64,000 nucleotides of DNA from contig OZ320316.1 in the NCBI GenBank assembly GCA_976226885.1, positions 72,106,001 through 72,170,000 on the forward strand, in the 5' to 3' direction. The notes under the pieces are model-generated. The model did no database searches, was not told the origin of the DNA, and worked only from the letters and a program-made list of their open reading frames with translations. The position numbers were made by a program, and so were the translations under genes. Numbering within the stretch: the stretch's first letter is position 1; the number at the start of each line of letters is the position of its first letter. The stretch is from Iphione sp. A-MEVVRFRX5 (lineage: Eukaryota). Shown here one piece after another: positions 12,901-24,764 of this stretch.

Positions 12901-15900
12901 TGGTAACGAGAACTTAAAAGTATTCTTTGCATCATATTGCGATATAAAACATAAATCATACATATCTACATCTGGTTCCAGGTAACGTTTGGGTATTAGC
13001 TCAGGTACAATATTCTCGTTCACACAGGTTTGCATTTTGTGTTGGTATTCCAGCAAAATCATTGTTTTTTCTTTGTCCAATATATTACAAGATAATACCG
13101 ATCTCGCAATTTCCTCCAAATTATATCAGTCCACAGGAAGTATAGACAGCCAACGAGATAGTAATAAAAAAGCACGCAATGAATATTCCCGTTCTTGGTA
13201 CTGGCAATATTTACAGGCGCAGGTGAGGTTGGGATTCTCAGTGAACAGCAAACCCAGAGGCATCATTCTAAAAATAGCCTGCTTACAATCGTGTCCTCAG
13301 AATTCCCCCTGCCGAAGAGACGCGTGCGTTGCCCACGAACTCACGCTCCTTGATAGTCCCTAGGGACATGTCAGCAATCTCCATTCTCCCAGAATCTGTC
13401 TTAAATAATACAGTCCCAACTACCCCGGACAACTCTATTAACCACTGCCATATTAATCGAACACAAAAGCAAACAACAAAAAAGAAACACATGGGGAGCA
13501 AAACGTGAACCCTTTCACTGCTTTGCGTTAAATTCCTTTACATTTCTTGAATACTGATCTTATTCCTATGTCAAGAAACAATGTTCAGATCATTTTGCGC
13601 GTGCAGTCGGTAAGCATTGTAGGTTCGTAGTTAACAACACTTCCGGAGGACGACCTTTCTACTTCCTATTCGACCCTCGATGGCTGTGGGTCCCTGTCCA
13701 CGCGCCGGATGTCTGACAATCAACATGTGTATGTCAAAGGGCTCAGACGCTGGAAGACTGAGAAAGAGGGAATTGACAGCAATGATTTAATCGCCTAAGA
13801 AACTTCTTTCTTTGGGACTATTTTTAAATGGTCTTAATGTCTCAGGGAATAGATGGCCTTATACCAATAGGCGCCTTCGGTGCTGGTTGTATACAGTAGA
13901 GGGGATTTGGCTTTTGAAGAAAGAAATTTAATACAATAAGAAGACTCTTGATTAGACCCATTAACAGGCTTACTTTAATTTATCACCTCCTCTTAACACA
14001 ATGAATCCATTTTAGAGTCGTTCGATTTCTGGTTTAGTGCACATTCGTGACGTTAATTATTGAGAACGTTTACGTCTGGTTTGCGAGTGGCTGACATTTA
14101 CTAAAGTAAGTTTAAAGGTAGAATGTGCGAAGTGAAGGTCATAGGTTCATTGACACTTGTCTCTGTCTCTGTCCCTGTCTCTCTGTCTTTCTAGGTTTAT
14201 ACCACAAATCGGCGGGCTCGTATATGAATCGTCAGGTTTAAATTTGATAAGGTCACATTTGTATAAATGAAACATTTAGGGAATTAAAGCCACCTTTAAC
14301 TACACTTCAGTTGTTGTGTTTGTGTGTTTTAAGTAATTACTTACATTTACACACTTTGTATTTGTCTGTCTATCTCTTTCATACATTTCTCTGCTGGAAA
14401 CTTGAATGGGCAGTGAGGAGAGGCATCTCGCAAAACATTGCACCATTTCTGCTATTACACTGACCGGATCTATTTTCGGGCAACGATTTAAATATATATA
14501 CATATATGAAAGCTGAGGATTTATGGAAGCAAATGGAGGATTGTATGTGTTCGCAGACTTGTTTATTCTCAAGATATTGGCAAAATAATTATAAACAAAA
14601 TTACAATAGTCCAGAAACTAGGGTTGGTCGGATTACCAGAAACCATGTAGAAGGGACCTCCATAACGGTGATACATCTGGAGGGAAGTGGCTTCTTTGGA
14701 TATTTAGGATAGTTTAAACGGTTTTATGAACAGTTGTTTATGTTCCCAAAAAGGCACATATTTGTGAGTGTGTACCCAGTGTGGAAGCATGAGGATCTCC
14801 GCCTGTTAAGAGCCCGTGAATCCAGAGCATCTGATGACAAATGCCGGAATTAACATTAGATGTTCCTATGTAGATGCGATAAAGTATCTACTATGGCTTG
14901 TCAATAGAAGCCAAGTCGGGAGATTTACCTAGTACTATCTTCCATGGGAATGAAGACTACATTTTGAACCATGTTAAAATGTATGTGCATATTGAATAGA
15001 TGTATACCTGTTATAATTTGTTGCTTGGAATACCTTGATGCAGAGAACTATATGAATGAAGTCATGCACCTCTTTACATTGTGTAGTACGTATGAATGAA
15101 ATGGATGAATAAAATGTTACTCTCATATATCCATCTTTTCTTTGATTTTATATCCTCCACTGGGAGACTAAACCCGTTATTTACGCTTATCCGCTGTGCC
15201 AGGTCAGCGGTTTGGGGTCTTTAATTGGCACGATGTCTACCACATGGCCCTCGAGCTTCCAGCGCAGTTGTCTCCTCGCTCCCGGCAGCTAGTAGTCGGG
15301 ATTGAAAGATCAAAGGGTCAGTGCCAGTTCTCGACAGGGGCGGTATCACATGCTATCCTTTAAAGAGCAAGTTATTCAAAATAAAGGTCTTTCCAGATTA
15401 AAGCAGCTCCCGTAAGTAGGTCCGCCATCTTGTTTCGGTGGAATATCGGTCCCGAAGAGCACATACAGCAGAATGGGGTCTTTCTGATCAAATATCATTG
15501 GACCGATTCGATGATATTTTAAGTAGACCTGATTAGAACCGATGTAGCCTATTCCCTTTATTAATATCATACTGCCTTAAGACTGGATTGAATGAGTCAC
15601 ATCAGGATTTAGGAATTACATCATCCTTCATGATTCATGTTGTGCGTTGGAACACAGGTATCTTTCGACCTCCCTATCTGTTAGCTATTGCTGGCTGACC
15701 GTGCGGGAGGGGCATTTGGTGGTAACAGGCAGACTTGGACAGGGTTATTAGATGCGAGATGATTTGGAACGGGAAGACGAGAAAAAACTAACGGTTGTTC
15801 GGTGTTAGGATTGACAGTCAGAAAAAGGGAGGAAGTAGATTATGTGAGAAGGATGAAGGTAAAAGATGGGCAGACAAAAAACTAGAAAAGGTGGAAAAGT

Positions 15901-18900
15901 TGTGTGTGAACAGGAAATAGACACGATAGATAAGAAGAGGGATGCACACGTTGAGTTAATGGGATAGACACACTGAAAGAAGTAGACAGCATGGAAAAGA
16001 ACGGGGATTGTAGACCCTAGGAAATGGGAAAGGCATGGCGTTCACTACAGTCGGTCAGTCTTCCTGTTCTCATCGGTTCTCTTATTCAGGCAGCCCTAAA
16101 TGTTGAAGACCAGCCGTATTTACGTCTGTTTGTGTCGACGAATCGTCGCGTCACCAAATTGTCATAGGCCCATTTAAACAGGCGCCATGGGCCTTCACAC
16201 ATAAATGGCCTTCCGATGCACTAGGTGATGCAGAAGAAAATGCCTGACCATGGGTCACTCAGGATACGTAGAGCAATGGACAGGCCCAGCGATTTTATCG
16301 AAAAGTCATCAGCGACCACGTCAATCCAAGGTTATCCTTCCATGACCTAGGGTCACAATGTTAGAGGCAGGCAGAGTTGGTGACGTATGATCTCCAGAGG
16401 GCGCGACATGCACCAAGGCGAAAGGAAAAGGCTCTCCTGAGTGCATGAAATATTCGGAAAGCTGGAGATAGGAAACCAGGATCGCTGATGCTAAGGTTTA
16501 AAATTCGGTGACGACAGGTTCAGTAAGCAGAAGCAAAGTGAAAATTCAGAAAACAAGCTTTGTACGGGAGTACAAAATTCACAGACAAAAAGAGATACAT
16601 CTACGTTACATTATCAAAGCAAATTGATTACCAAGTATTTGAGAAATAGTTTGCTACACTAAAGTTTTTATATTTGGGGCTCCCTTTCCTGCAAGCAGTT
16701 TTACTAATATTCTAGAATACATATATTGCAAGTTCTTTCCTTGTTATTAGTTAAAGCAAATACCTGGAATCCTTATGGATAACTACGATTCCAGTAGCAC
16801 TCTTAAAGCGGCAGTGCGTTATCGACTGGTCTTAACCTGGTGGAGGTTTGGTAAACCTTCAAGGCAGCACCTGCAGGTGATCTTTCCTATTTACCTCTGT
16901 AATGCGTGTCTTTTCCTTTTTAGGACCCTATCATGATAGCATGACTGTAATATGCTTTCGGTAAAAGCGAATGGAGTTAAAAATAAAATTTTCTTATATG
17001 CTTTAAATATTCAACTAACCTAATGTTATATCTATGATTGGAAGTGTTCATTCGAAAAATAAAAAGAGATATATAGGATGTTTGATTTGCACATATACCA
17101 TTTAAGAAATACAATGCACCAGCTGACTTTTGTACGGTATCTGCAGTTACGATGTGAGGCGATTAGCTCTATTTCCAAATTAGAATATCAGAATTACCCG
17201 CTGGTTCGTAGCTACATCTACCCAAACTATTGTATAGCGCTACTACGAATATTCAATAAAACTAAGGTATGTGGCTTTGCATAGTTGTGTTCGAATTGCC
17301 GCAATAGAATTTCGATGTATTAGAGATAGTATCGGGGAAATAACCATGGAATGCAATTTTACAGGAGAGGATTGGCTTCTGCTCAAGGTACATTCTATAC
17401 TGCTGGTCAATAGATGAGACGTCGTGTTAACCTTTGTCTTGATAGATAGCGGCCTTTATGATAGAACCAGACGGAATGCAAGGGACAACAGAGCCGGCGA
17501 CGGTTTCAGTTGCAGCAATTGTGTAGAGTCTACCAAGCATTGGAGAGTAGAACATGCCTGCCCGTACATCATCTTTACAGCAGCCAGCCAAAGGCAGCAG
17601 GCATGTCCTTTGAAACATAGTTATGATGAATGGTATAGAAGTTGCCACAGAAACACCATTACAGAATATTATCCGACGGAAAGACAGAGTGAATATACTG
17701 GTAGTTTCCGCGAATTTATATGAATCATTTAATAGAACTCTTGTTCTTTACAGTCACTCGAAACTTTTCATCCTGCTCGCTCAGAATTCAGAATAGGCGA
17801 GAATTGAGGACACGTGTGTTCAGAACAGCGTCACTTCCCTTCGTTGAGAAACTGACCAAAAATCAGGATGGACCAGCAACCAGGCTAGATGAGCACGAAA
17901 TCAGTGGTGCGCCGGTTTTTATGGTCCCTATACTTGCAAGTACAATGTACATAAATCATACATCTGTTCATTTTTTTTCAATACCTTTAAGGATACTCAA
18001 TACAAGCTACGTACCACGGTTAAATGTAACTGAGAATACCAGAATGAAAAGCACAGCGTATCTAATAGGTGGTCCATATAAATTAAACAATACTTTTTGT
18101 AAAGTGTCAAATTAACCTAATTGAAATGCTACATTATCCTAGAAAGCTGGGTAACAGTTTGACGTGGATCGTCTAAAAGCAAGTTTCCAATAAAATTTTA
18201 TTTGTGATATAGCATTATTGACCGAAGATGCCGATGGATAAATACAAATGGCTGAACCCTTGTGATAATGTCTGGGGTCCTTTTGTCCCAGTTGTAGTAA
18301 GAAATAAGTTTTAGCGTACGCTATATATGTATCAGAGTCATTTTATTTCAGGCACTTCTTGTTGACAACTCAGCATTTTATGTTTTCCAGGATGAATGAT
18401 ATAGTGAAGGCATTAATTCCTGGCGTTTTGTGTACGTATTTTATACAAGGCTCCGAAGTGTCTCTGTGGAAACCACATGATTCACCTGAGACTTGGGGGA
18501 GGGTTATAATGGATGATGTACTGGTTCATTTCACCACATGAACAATTAATTGTTCCTTTGTTATGTGCAACAGATTCGTCACTGATGTTGGTGCGCAATA
18601 TACTACTTTATTGCATTTTCTGGAATAAATATTGCCCCCTCCCTCACAAATTAAATAAATAATCCGAACTCTCCTTGAAATGGTTAAGCCAACACAGAGG
18701 ATTGCACGACTCGACGACGAATCGATAGGTGGCGACTCTGGACAACCGAGGTGCATTCAATGACTCCATTCACGAAGTATAGAGGCTTACTCTTCCATAA
18801 AATAATAGCGCGTAGTGCAAATGAACGTTCCATTAACCATAGTATGTAAAAGCACAGGTACGTGCAATGTTATCGAAGGTCAGCACCGGATAAGGGACAG

Positions 18901-19059
18901 CTGTCTGAAGCAATCTTTGTCATTATAAGATTTCATTCCGTTTATGTTCTATTTTTTGTACTTTTTGTGCACGCTTAGTGTCCTTCAAATATCCTAAATC
19001 ATTTGTTGTGATCACTATCCAACCTGAGTTATGGTCCCAGACTGACTGAAACAGAAATA

Positions 19060-19238
19060 CAGTGGAACCCCTCTTCTAAGGACCCTCTATAAAGAACGCC
19101 CCATAATAATTATGTACAAGCTAGAAAGAGAACCAAGTCTATATGAGCGTGTTTAAATAACCCTGCTATAAAGGACAGCCCTCTTTATGGACACTTTTGG
19201 TCAGTCCCTTTGCTGTCCATATAAGAGATGCTCCTCTG
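19060..19238. mobile_element. Tc1/mariner-pogo (Tigger-like) MITE
   Basis: Imperfect TIRs CAGTGGAACCCCTCTTCTAAGGAC and reverse-complemented CAGAGGAGCATCTCTTATATGGAC, with TA on both flanks. Confidence 0.7.
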
Positions 19239-20554
19239 TACATCTGTCCTAGAAATCTCAAGTAAATCTAGGTGTGTTGTTAACTTCAACCATCACCTTC
19301 GCATTCAAGTCACAGAATGTTGCAATTCATATCAACTGCACCACGCACAAGTAAAACTTGCATAGAGAAAATGTTACAGATGTTCAAGAAGAGGCCCTTC
19401 ATTCTACGGGCAGCTGACAAATTCGTAGCTGGTAGTTTAACAATAGGGGATAGGATATCATATCTTTAATTTTGTATTAAATTAAGTTCGAATCCACTCG
19501 TTCGTCCATTACATAGATTTTAACATGAAAGATTTCTCCTTAGACTATCAATATAAAGACTGTAACCAAAATGAGTCGACACCTACATGAAAACAACTAC
19601 GAATCCGGATACAATAGTCATCTGACAATGGGTGTGTCAGCTAAAAGGTTTTATTTTATAAAAAGGAAAAGGACGGGGTACAATCAACCTCGAAATCGGA
19701 AAACTAAACAACAAAAATGTTGATCTGTAACCTCCATACCAAACAAAATGTGATTAGCAAACACTGGTTGCGAATATATGTATCATGTATGAGAAAACCA
19801 GTATAAATAAAATCATGTGCATATATATAAGTGTGTAATCCACTGAAGAACATCCGTACACCTTTTACTAAACTATAAATTCACTTTATCAATAGACAGC
19901 GTGGTGACGGTCTCTGTGAGTCTCATTATAAATAGACATGCAAGTAATATTTTTGGGTCAGGCAGCTTCTCGTTTATGTTTATCATCATAGAGAGGCGGC
20001 CTCTACTTGACTTATCCAGTGACCAGATGACCACATCGTCTGAAAACGGGGATCTTGAATACAAGAAATTTTCGGACTAAGATAAATTTACTCTTATTTG
20101 TTCGATAGGAAAAAGACTCGGTCTATATAACACAACAAAAGTAGTTCTTTTTCGGTCTTGAAATAAACCCACACATATACGGGAGGTTTAGGTCGTTTAC
20201 AAGCGAACATGCAGGACACTAAACCACTACATGGAAAGATTCAACGCGATGATTAGGTTCATATTCCGGATAATGCCCCTACAAAAATCTAAATATATCC
20301 GTATTATGTTTGTACTAATTTCTACTCGAATACCATATTTCTCCGTAACATGCTATATTTCGTTTGAAAAGTAGGAGGAGTGATTAGATGACCATTTGTC
20401 AATTCATCCCGAATATCCTCCCGAGGAGTTTGCTCTGAATTAGTCCGTCCCGTTCATTTATCTCTGTATTTAAGTACAACTAGCATAAAATAAACGAAAA
20501 CAAGAGAAGGGACAGGTAATATTATGAAGTTATTTAACCCTCCACAAATCTAAG

Positions 20555-21286
20555 CTACATGTGAGTATCGACATAGCCTTTGTTCATATGTACCTCAGCG
20601 TGAGGGGGATTGATGATTTCAATATAGCCTTCCCTTGAGTCAGTTGAGGAACGTGCTCCTCTAATAAGTGATTGGTATGGACCATTAGATTCTTGTGGAT
20701 CGGGGAGAACTGTGGACACCTGTTCCATGTGAGGTTCTGCACTCGTTTCTTCCATGCTTTGGGTGTTTGGGTTGTAACGGAAGTGATAGGTGAGAGCAAC
20801 AATGGCCACCATGACGATGAAGCCTCCTGCAGCGCTCAGTCCGATGATGGTGTTCATACGGTAACGTTCCCACAAGTCTCCGAAATAGGCACCGTTATAG
20901 TTCAGCCCTCTCTTGATGACAACCTGCTCGCCCATCGAGCTCTTTTTTCCGACACAATAATAAAGACCAAACTGGCGCTCCTGTACATGAATAATGAGCA
21001 GTTCCATGCCATCCGAGCTGACCTTCCAGCCAGCTGCACCGTCCAGGATCCGGAATTGTTCCGAGAAGTCCTCAGTCATGACTGTGGTATCCGGACGGAT
21101 CCAGTACTGGAAGTGGAAGGTGTCTGGGAGTGAGCTATCGTTGCAGTATATGCTCACGTTCTTCTCAAATTCGGCGAGTGTATTGAAACTTTCGTCGGTA
21201 TATGGCTGCTGGCGCCAATCGAAGAGACCGAGCACATCGCCAACCAGGAGGCCCAGCGTCAACACTAGGAAGCGCGCAGTATGCAT
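20555..21286 (-). CDS. Type I membrane protein with one Ig-like domain (243 aa, single coding exon)
   Basis: ATG start; signal peptide (RFLVLTLGLLVGDVLG); Ig pattern SIYC...YWIRP...LLIIHVQERQFGLYYC; transmembrane helix TIIGLSAAGGFIVMVAIVALTY; about 70-aa tail with three Tyr motifs. A polypyrimidine-CAG acceptor lies just upstream (about 21310), implying a 5' UTR intron. Confidence 0.85.
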   Translation of the reverse strand: MHTARFLVLTLGLLVGDVLGLFDWRQQPYTDESFNTLAEFEKNVSIYCNDSSLPDTFHFQYWIRPDTTVMTEDFSEQFRILDGAAGWKVSSDGMELLIIHVQERQFGLYYCVGKKSSMGEQVVIKRGLNYNGAYFGDLWERYRMNTIIGLSAAGGFIVMVAIVALTYHFRYNPNTQSMEETSAEPHMEQVSTVLPDPQESNGPYQSLIRGARSSTDSREGYIEIINPPHAEVHMNKGYVDTHM

Positions 21287-22740
21287 TATGGTAGACTGTG
21301 GCTCCGACTGGATGAAAATAAGGAACCTTGTTTAGATGCAAGCAGTGTCTCTGACAACAAAAATCGACCGTATTAAAGTCAAGTCACGACAAATACTTAC
21401 CAACAGTTACTCCATTTTAACATGTAACCCTAAGTTTGATTAGGATGTAAAGAATAGTAGACCTAAGTGTGTACGCAATGTTCAAAGTGTTTTATTAATG
21501 TGTATCATAGTCTTTCATAGGATTTCAACATGACATGATTGATTCCGACTACATATTTACAGCTGCATGCAAATCATGGCAACCCCTACTATTACATATA
21601 AACTGTTATAATCATTCGTAGGTACACGAAAGCTCTAGGACCATTTATTTATATCAACAACAACATGAAGTAGATTGTATTGGCAAACGGCGACCTTCCT
21701 GGAAACCCAACGTGATATATGTAGATGGAACTGTAGGGGTGTGGGCTTGATACAGGATCAAATATGTGTACGATTAATAATGTAGAAAGCACTTAAATAA
21801 CATGACAGGCACGATACAGAAACTCATTTACCAGCATGTAAGAACTGCCTGTACATATACATAATTCGAATATTTGTGTTGAGGATATCCTTAACGTGCT
21901 CCTCCTGATATGCGTGTATGACACTTATCAACACGATATTGTATGGAAGATACGAGTGATACAGCTTTGTGACTTTTAAGAAACATGCAGCGATGGTCTG
22001 ACTATTAGATACTTCTACATGCAGATCTAAATATTATGCTGTAGTGATAGGACAAACATAATCGATAACTGGTGAAAACGGCCTAGGTGAGTACTTCATT
22101 AACGGCTTACCTGTGTTCGAATGAAGCTGCCCAGTTCTACTGGTGAACTTTTCATATGTTTAGATATATGTTTCGAAGTTTGCCCTGTTCGTTGGCCTTT
22201 ATAACATGACGATGGTATCTTATCAGCTTTATAGTGTCATCCGGATTAGATAAGCTAGATCTGAGCATACCATGACTAGTGGATGGAAGGAAGGCATTAA
22301 TGGTTTGCGGGTTTTTTTAACAAGTAAATGTTATAATATTGATATGACTAATAGAAGCTATCTGGTTGCTAGTCACAAAGGGCGATATCTAACTATACAT
22401 GTACAGCAGCTACAGTCAAATTTTACTCGGCTGTACGGCTCGGCTATGACCATCAAAAGACCTGAGGTTGAGGTATACGAAGCTACACCTGTAACGTTAG
22501 TGCGGCTGGCTCTTTCTTTTACAAATCACACGGTTCAAGTGACAAAGAACCAAAAAGAGTAATGATATATCACATGTCAAACAGTACGAATGGTGAATCC
22601 CAATCATCCTGCCCCCTGGTGGTTCCTGCGTGCAAATTCATGAACATGCTTTTCCGTGTCGTGCTACACATAGAAGCTGAAATAAAGACTGAGTTGATTT
22701 TTACTTGATTGTGGAGTTTTCTTCTCTCTCATCTCTCTCA

Positions 22741-22815
22741 CATCATTACATCATTATCATCATCATCATTATCACCACCACCCTTATCAGCACCAGTAGC
22801 AGCAGCATCAGCATC
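22741..22815. repeat. Mixed CAT/CAC/CAG trinucleotide repeat
   Basis: Seen directly; it explains the spurious poly-Ile/Ser and poly-Asp ORFs here. Confidence 0.85.
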
Positions 22816-23739
22816 ACAATTATTTTCGTTAGACGCATTCAGTTGACACTGCCCTTTATTTGTAGCGTTTTTCTCAAGTGGAAAAGATCTGAAATGTATA
22901 CCTATTGTAATCCCCAGCCTCTGAGACATTGTTACCTAGAACAGAGGTCCCACTGAACTGTCCTTGTTGACCCCACAACTGCACTAAGCATCCTTCATCA
23001 GTCCCACCAGTGACCTTTCCCTGTATGGTGGTGCCATTGAAATGCTACTGAGTGACCCCATACTCGTACAATACATCTATCAAATGGACTATTTACAAAA
23101 AACAAAATTTCGAAGACCTGTAGTGCTGTCAGTAGTTCCCATGACTCTGCCTACACAGAGATGATCAGATACGTGGTGTCTATGTTTACTGAATGTTTTC
23201 TTTACTTCAAAGATAAAACAGTGCTCCTTATGTACAAGTACAATAATGTCATGTCACATGAACCAACTGATAATCATTAACAATAATTACACAATCTATT
23301 TGCAATACCAGTTCAGAAATGGTGCCATTGCTACACTATAAAATAACTGAAAGGTTTAAAGCTTAATTTCCACACAAATGTGTATCATGTAGCATGTCTG
23401 AACATGTGAAGCACTATGACAAAATGATGACGCTGTGCATGTGTGTGCTTATATAGCATGTTCATCATGTAACATCTTGGTAGATAGCCATAGTTTCTAT
23501 TCAATACACTGCATTACAGCCATAAGTGGAAAGTACGCATGAAACACATTGATATTATAACAAACATCTTTCTAGTTCCCTCCTATATTTTGTCCAAAGC
23601 AGTTACTCTTAGTGAATAGAGTTTCCATGACTTTGGTGGTTTTTTGCTCGCCACATTAAGATAATATAGTGGACGCAACATCATAGCATTGCGCCATTGA
23701 TATACATGTCAGGTCTTAGGCCTGCCAGAGAGGCCTCCA

Positions 23740-24300
23740 TTACATCTATAGAGTGATGGATTTATTGAACATAGTTTTCATAATATGAACACGCTACTGA
23801 GAGCGGCGCTACAATAACAAGACAGGATGGATGAAATTGTTCCGTTTATTCTCATGGTGTATCTGACAACCCATCATTCTATTACTAAAATTACACCAAT
23901 TGTATAGTGTTTGGTCGAGAGATGATGTTTAGCTATGAAATGCTATCAGAAGGCCTTATACCAGAAGAAAAAGAATGGACCTAGGATAAATATACTCAGA
24001 AACCCTGGCAACAACTTTGCTCGGCATCCGACCTAGCTAGAGAACACCTTAAGATATCTGATAAGGCACAAAAACCACACTATTATGCAGAGTAAAATGA
24101 AGGAAGATACTGATGGCATCAATGAGGTCAGAAGAAAAAGTTGGTTTCCCTTGGAGAGGTCTGTATTTACATCTATAGGAATTGGATGTTGGGCGACATG
24201 TATTATAGAAAACAAATACAGGGAAAGGTTTATGCAGAAGAAGTTTAAGCAGACTGATCACCTCCGTTGAACTTATCAATCCATAGAAGAGAAATCCTTA
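23740..24300 (+). mobile_element. Gypsy/Ty3 LTR-retrotransposon integrase relic
   Basis: Reads SDGFIEHSFHNMNTLLRAAL*QDRMDEIVPFILMVYLTTHHSITKITP, then after a frameshift FGREMMFSYEML..QQLCSASDLAREHLKISDKAQKPHYY, then a PWRGLY (GPY/F-like) motif. Multiple stops. Confidence 0.8.
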
Positions 24301-24764
24301 GTGGTCACCCTAGTTCTCTGACCAGGTGGATTGTTCACTGGAGAATGGTCCCCATGGACCAGGACCTCAAGGCCATCACCCTTGGTAACCAATGAAGAAC
24401 TCAATGAAGTCTGGCAGATGCCCAGTATTCAATGGCACTAGACGAAAGGACTAAAGCCTTGAAAGAGGCCTGGCCATCAGGATATAGCAAATCTATGGCC
24501 GGATCTGACAACATGCTTACTGGCACCACCCCATCCTATTCATCGGAAGACACCTCTGCCATGTAGATAGATAGATAGATACATATCGCTTTTATTCACA
24601 TTCTCGTGTACAGGGTTGGAGGTCTTCCGGTGAACACTCAACTGTTTGGTAACAATTAAACAAGGTTTAGAATAGGAGATAGAAGTGTATACAAAAAATG
24701 GCAACTCAAATATGTCTAGTTACATTCGAGAGTACATGAACTTATACAGTCAATACGATGCATG

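Noticed and set aside
12874-13501. Faint resemblance to BTB/BACK or receptor exons on the minus strand
   Set aside because: Motifs are too weak, the frame is interrupted and no consistent splice model emerges.
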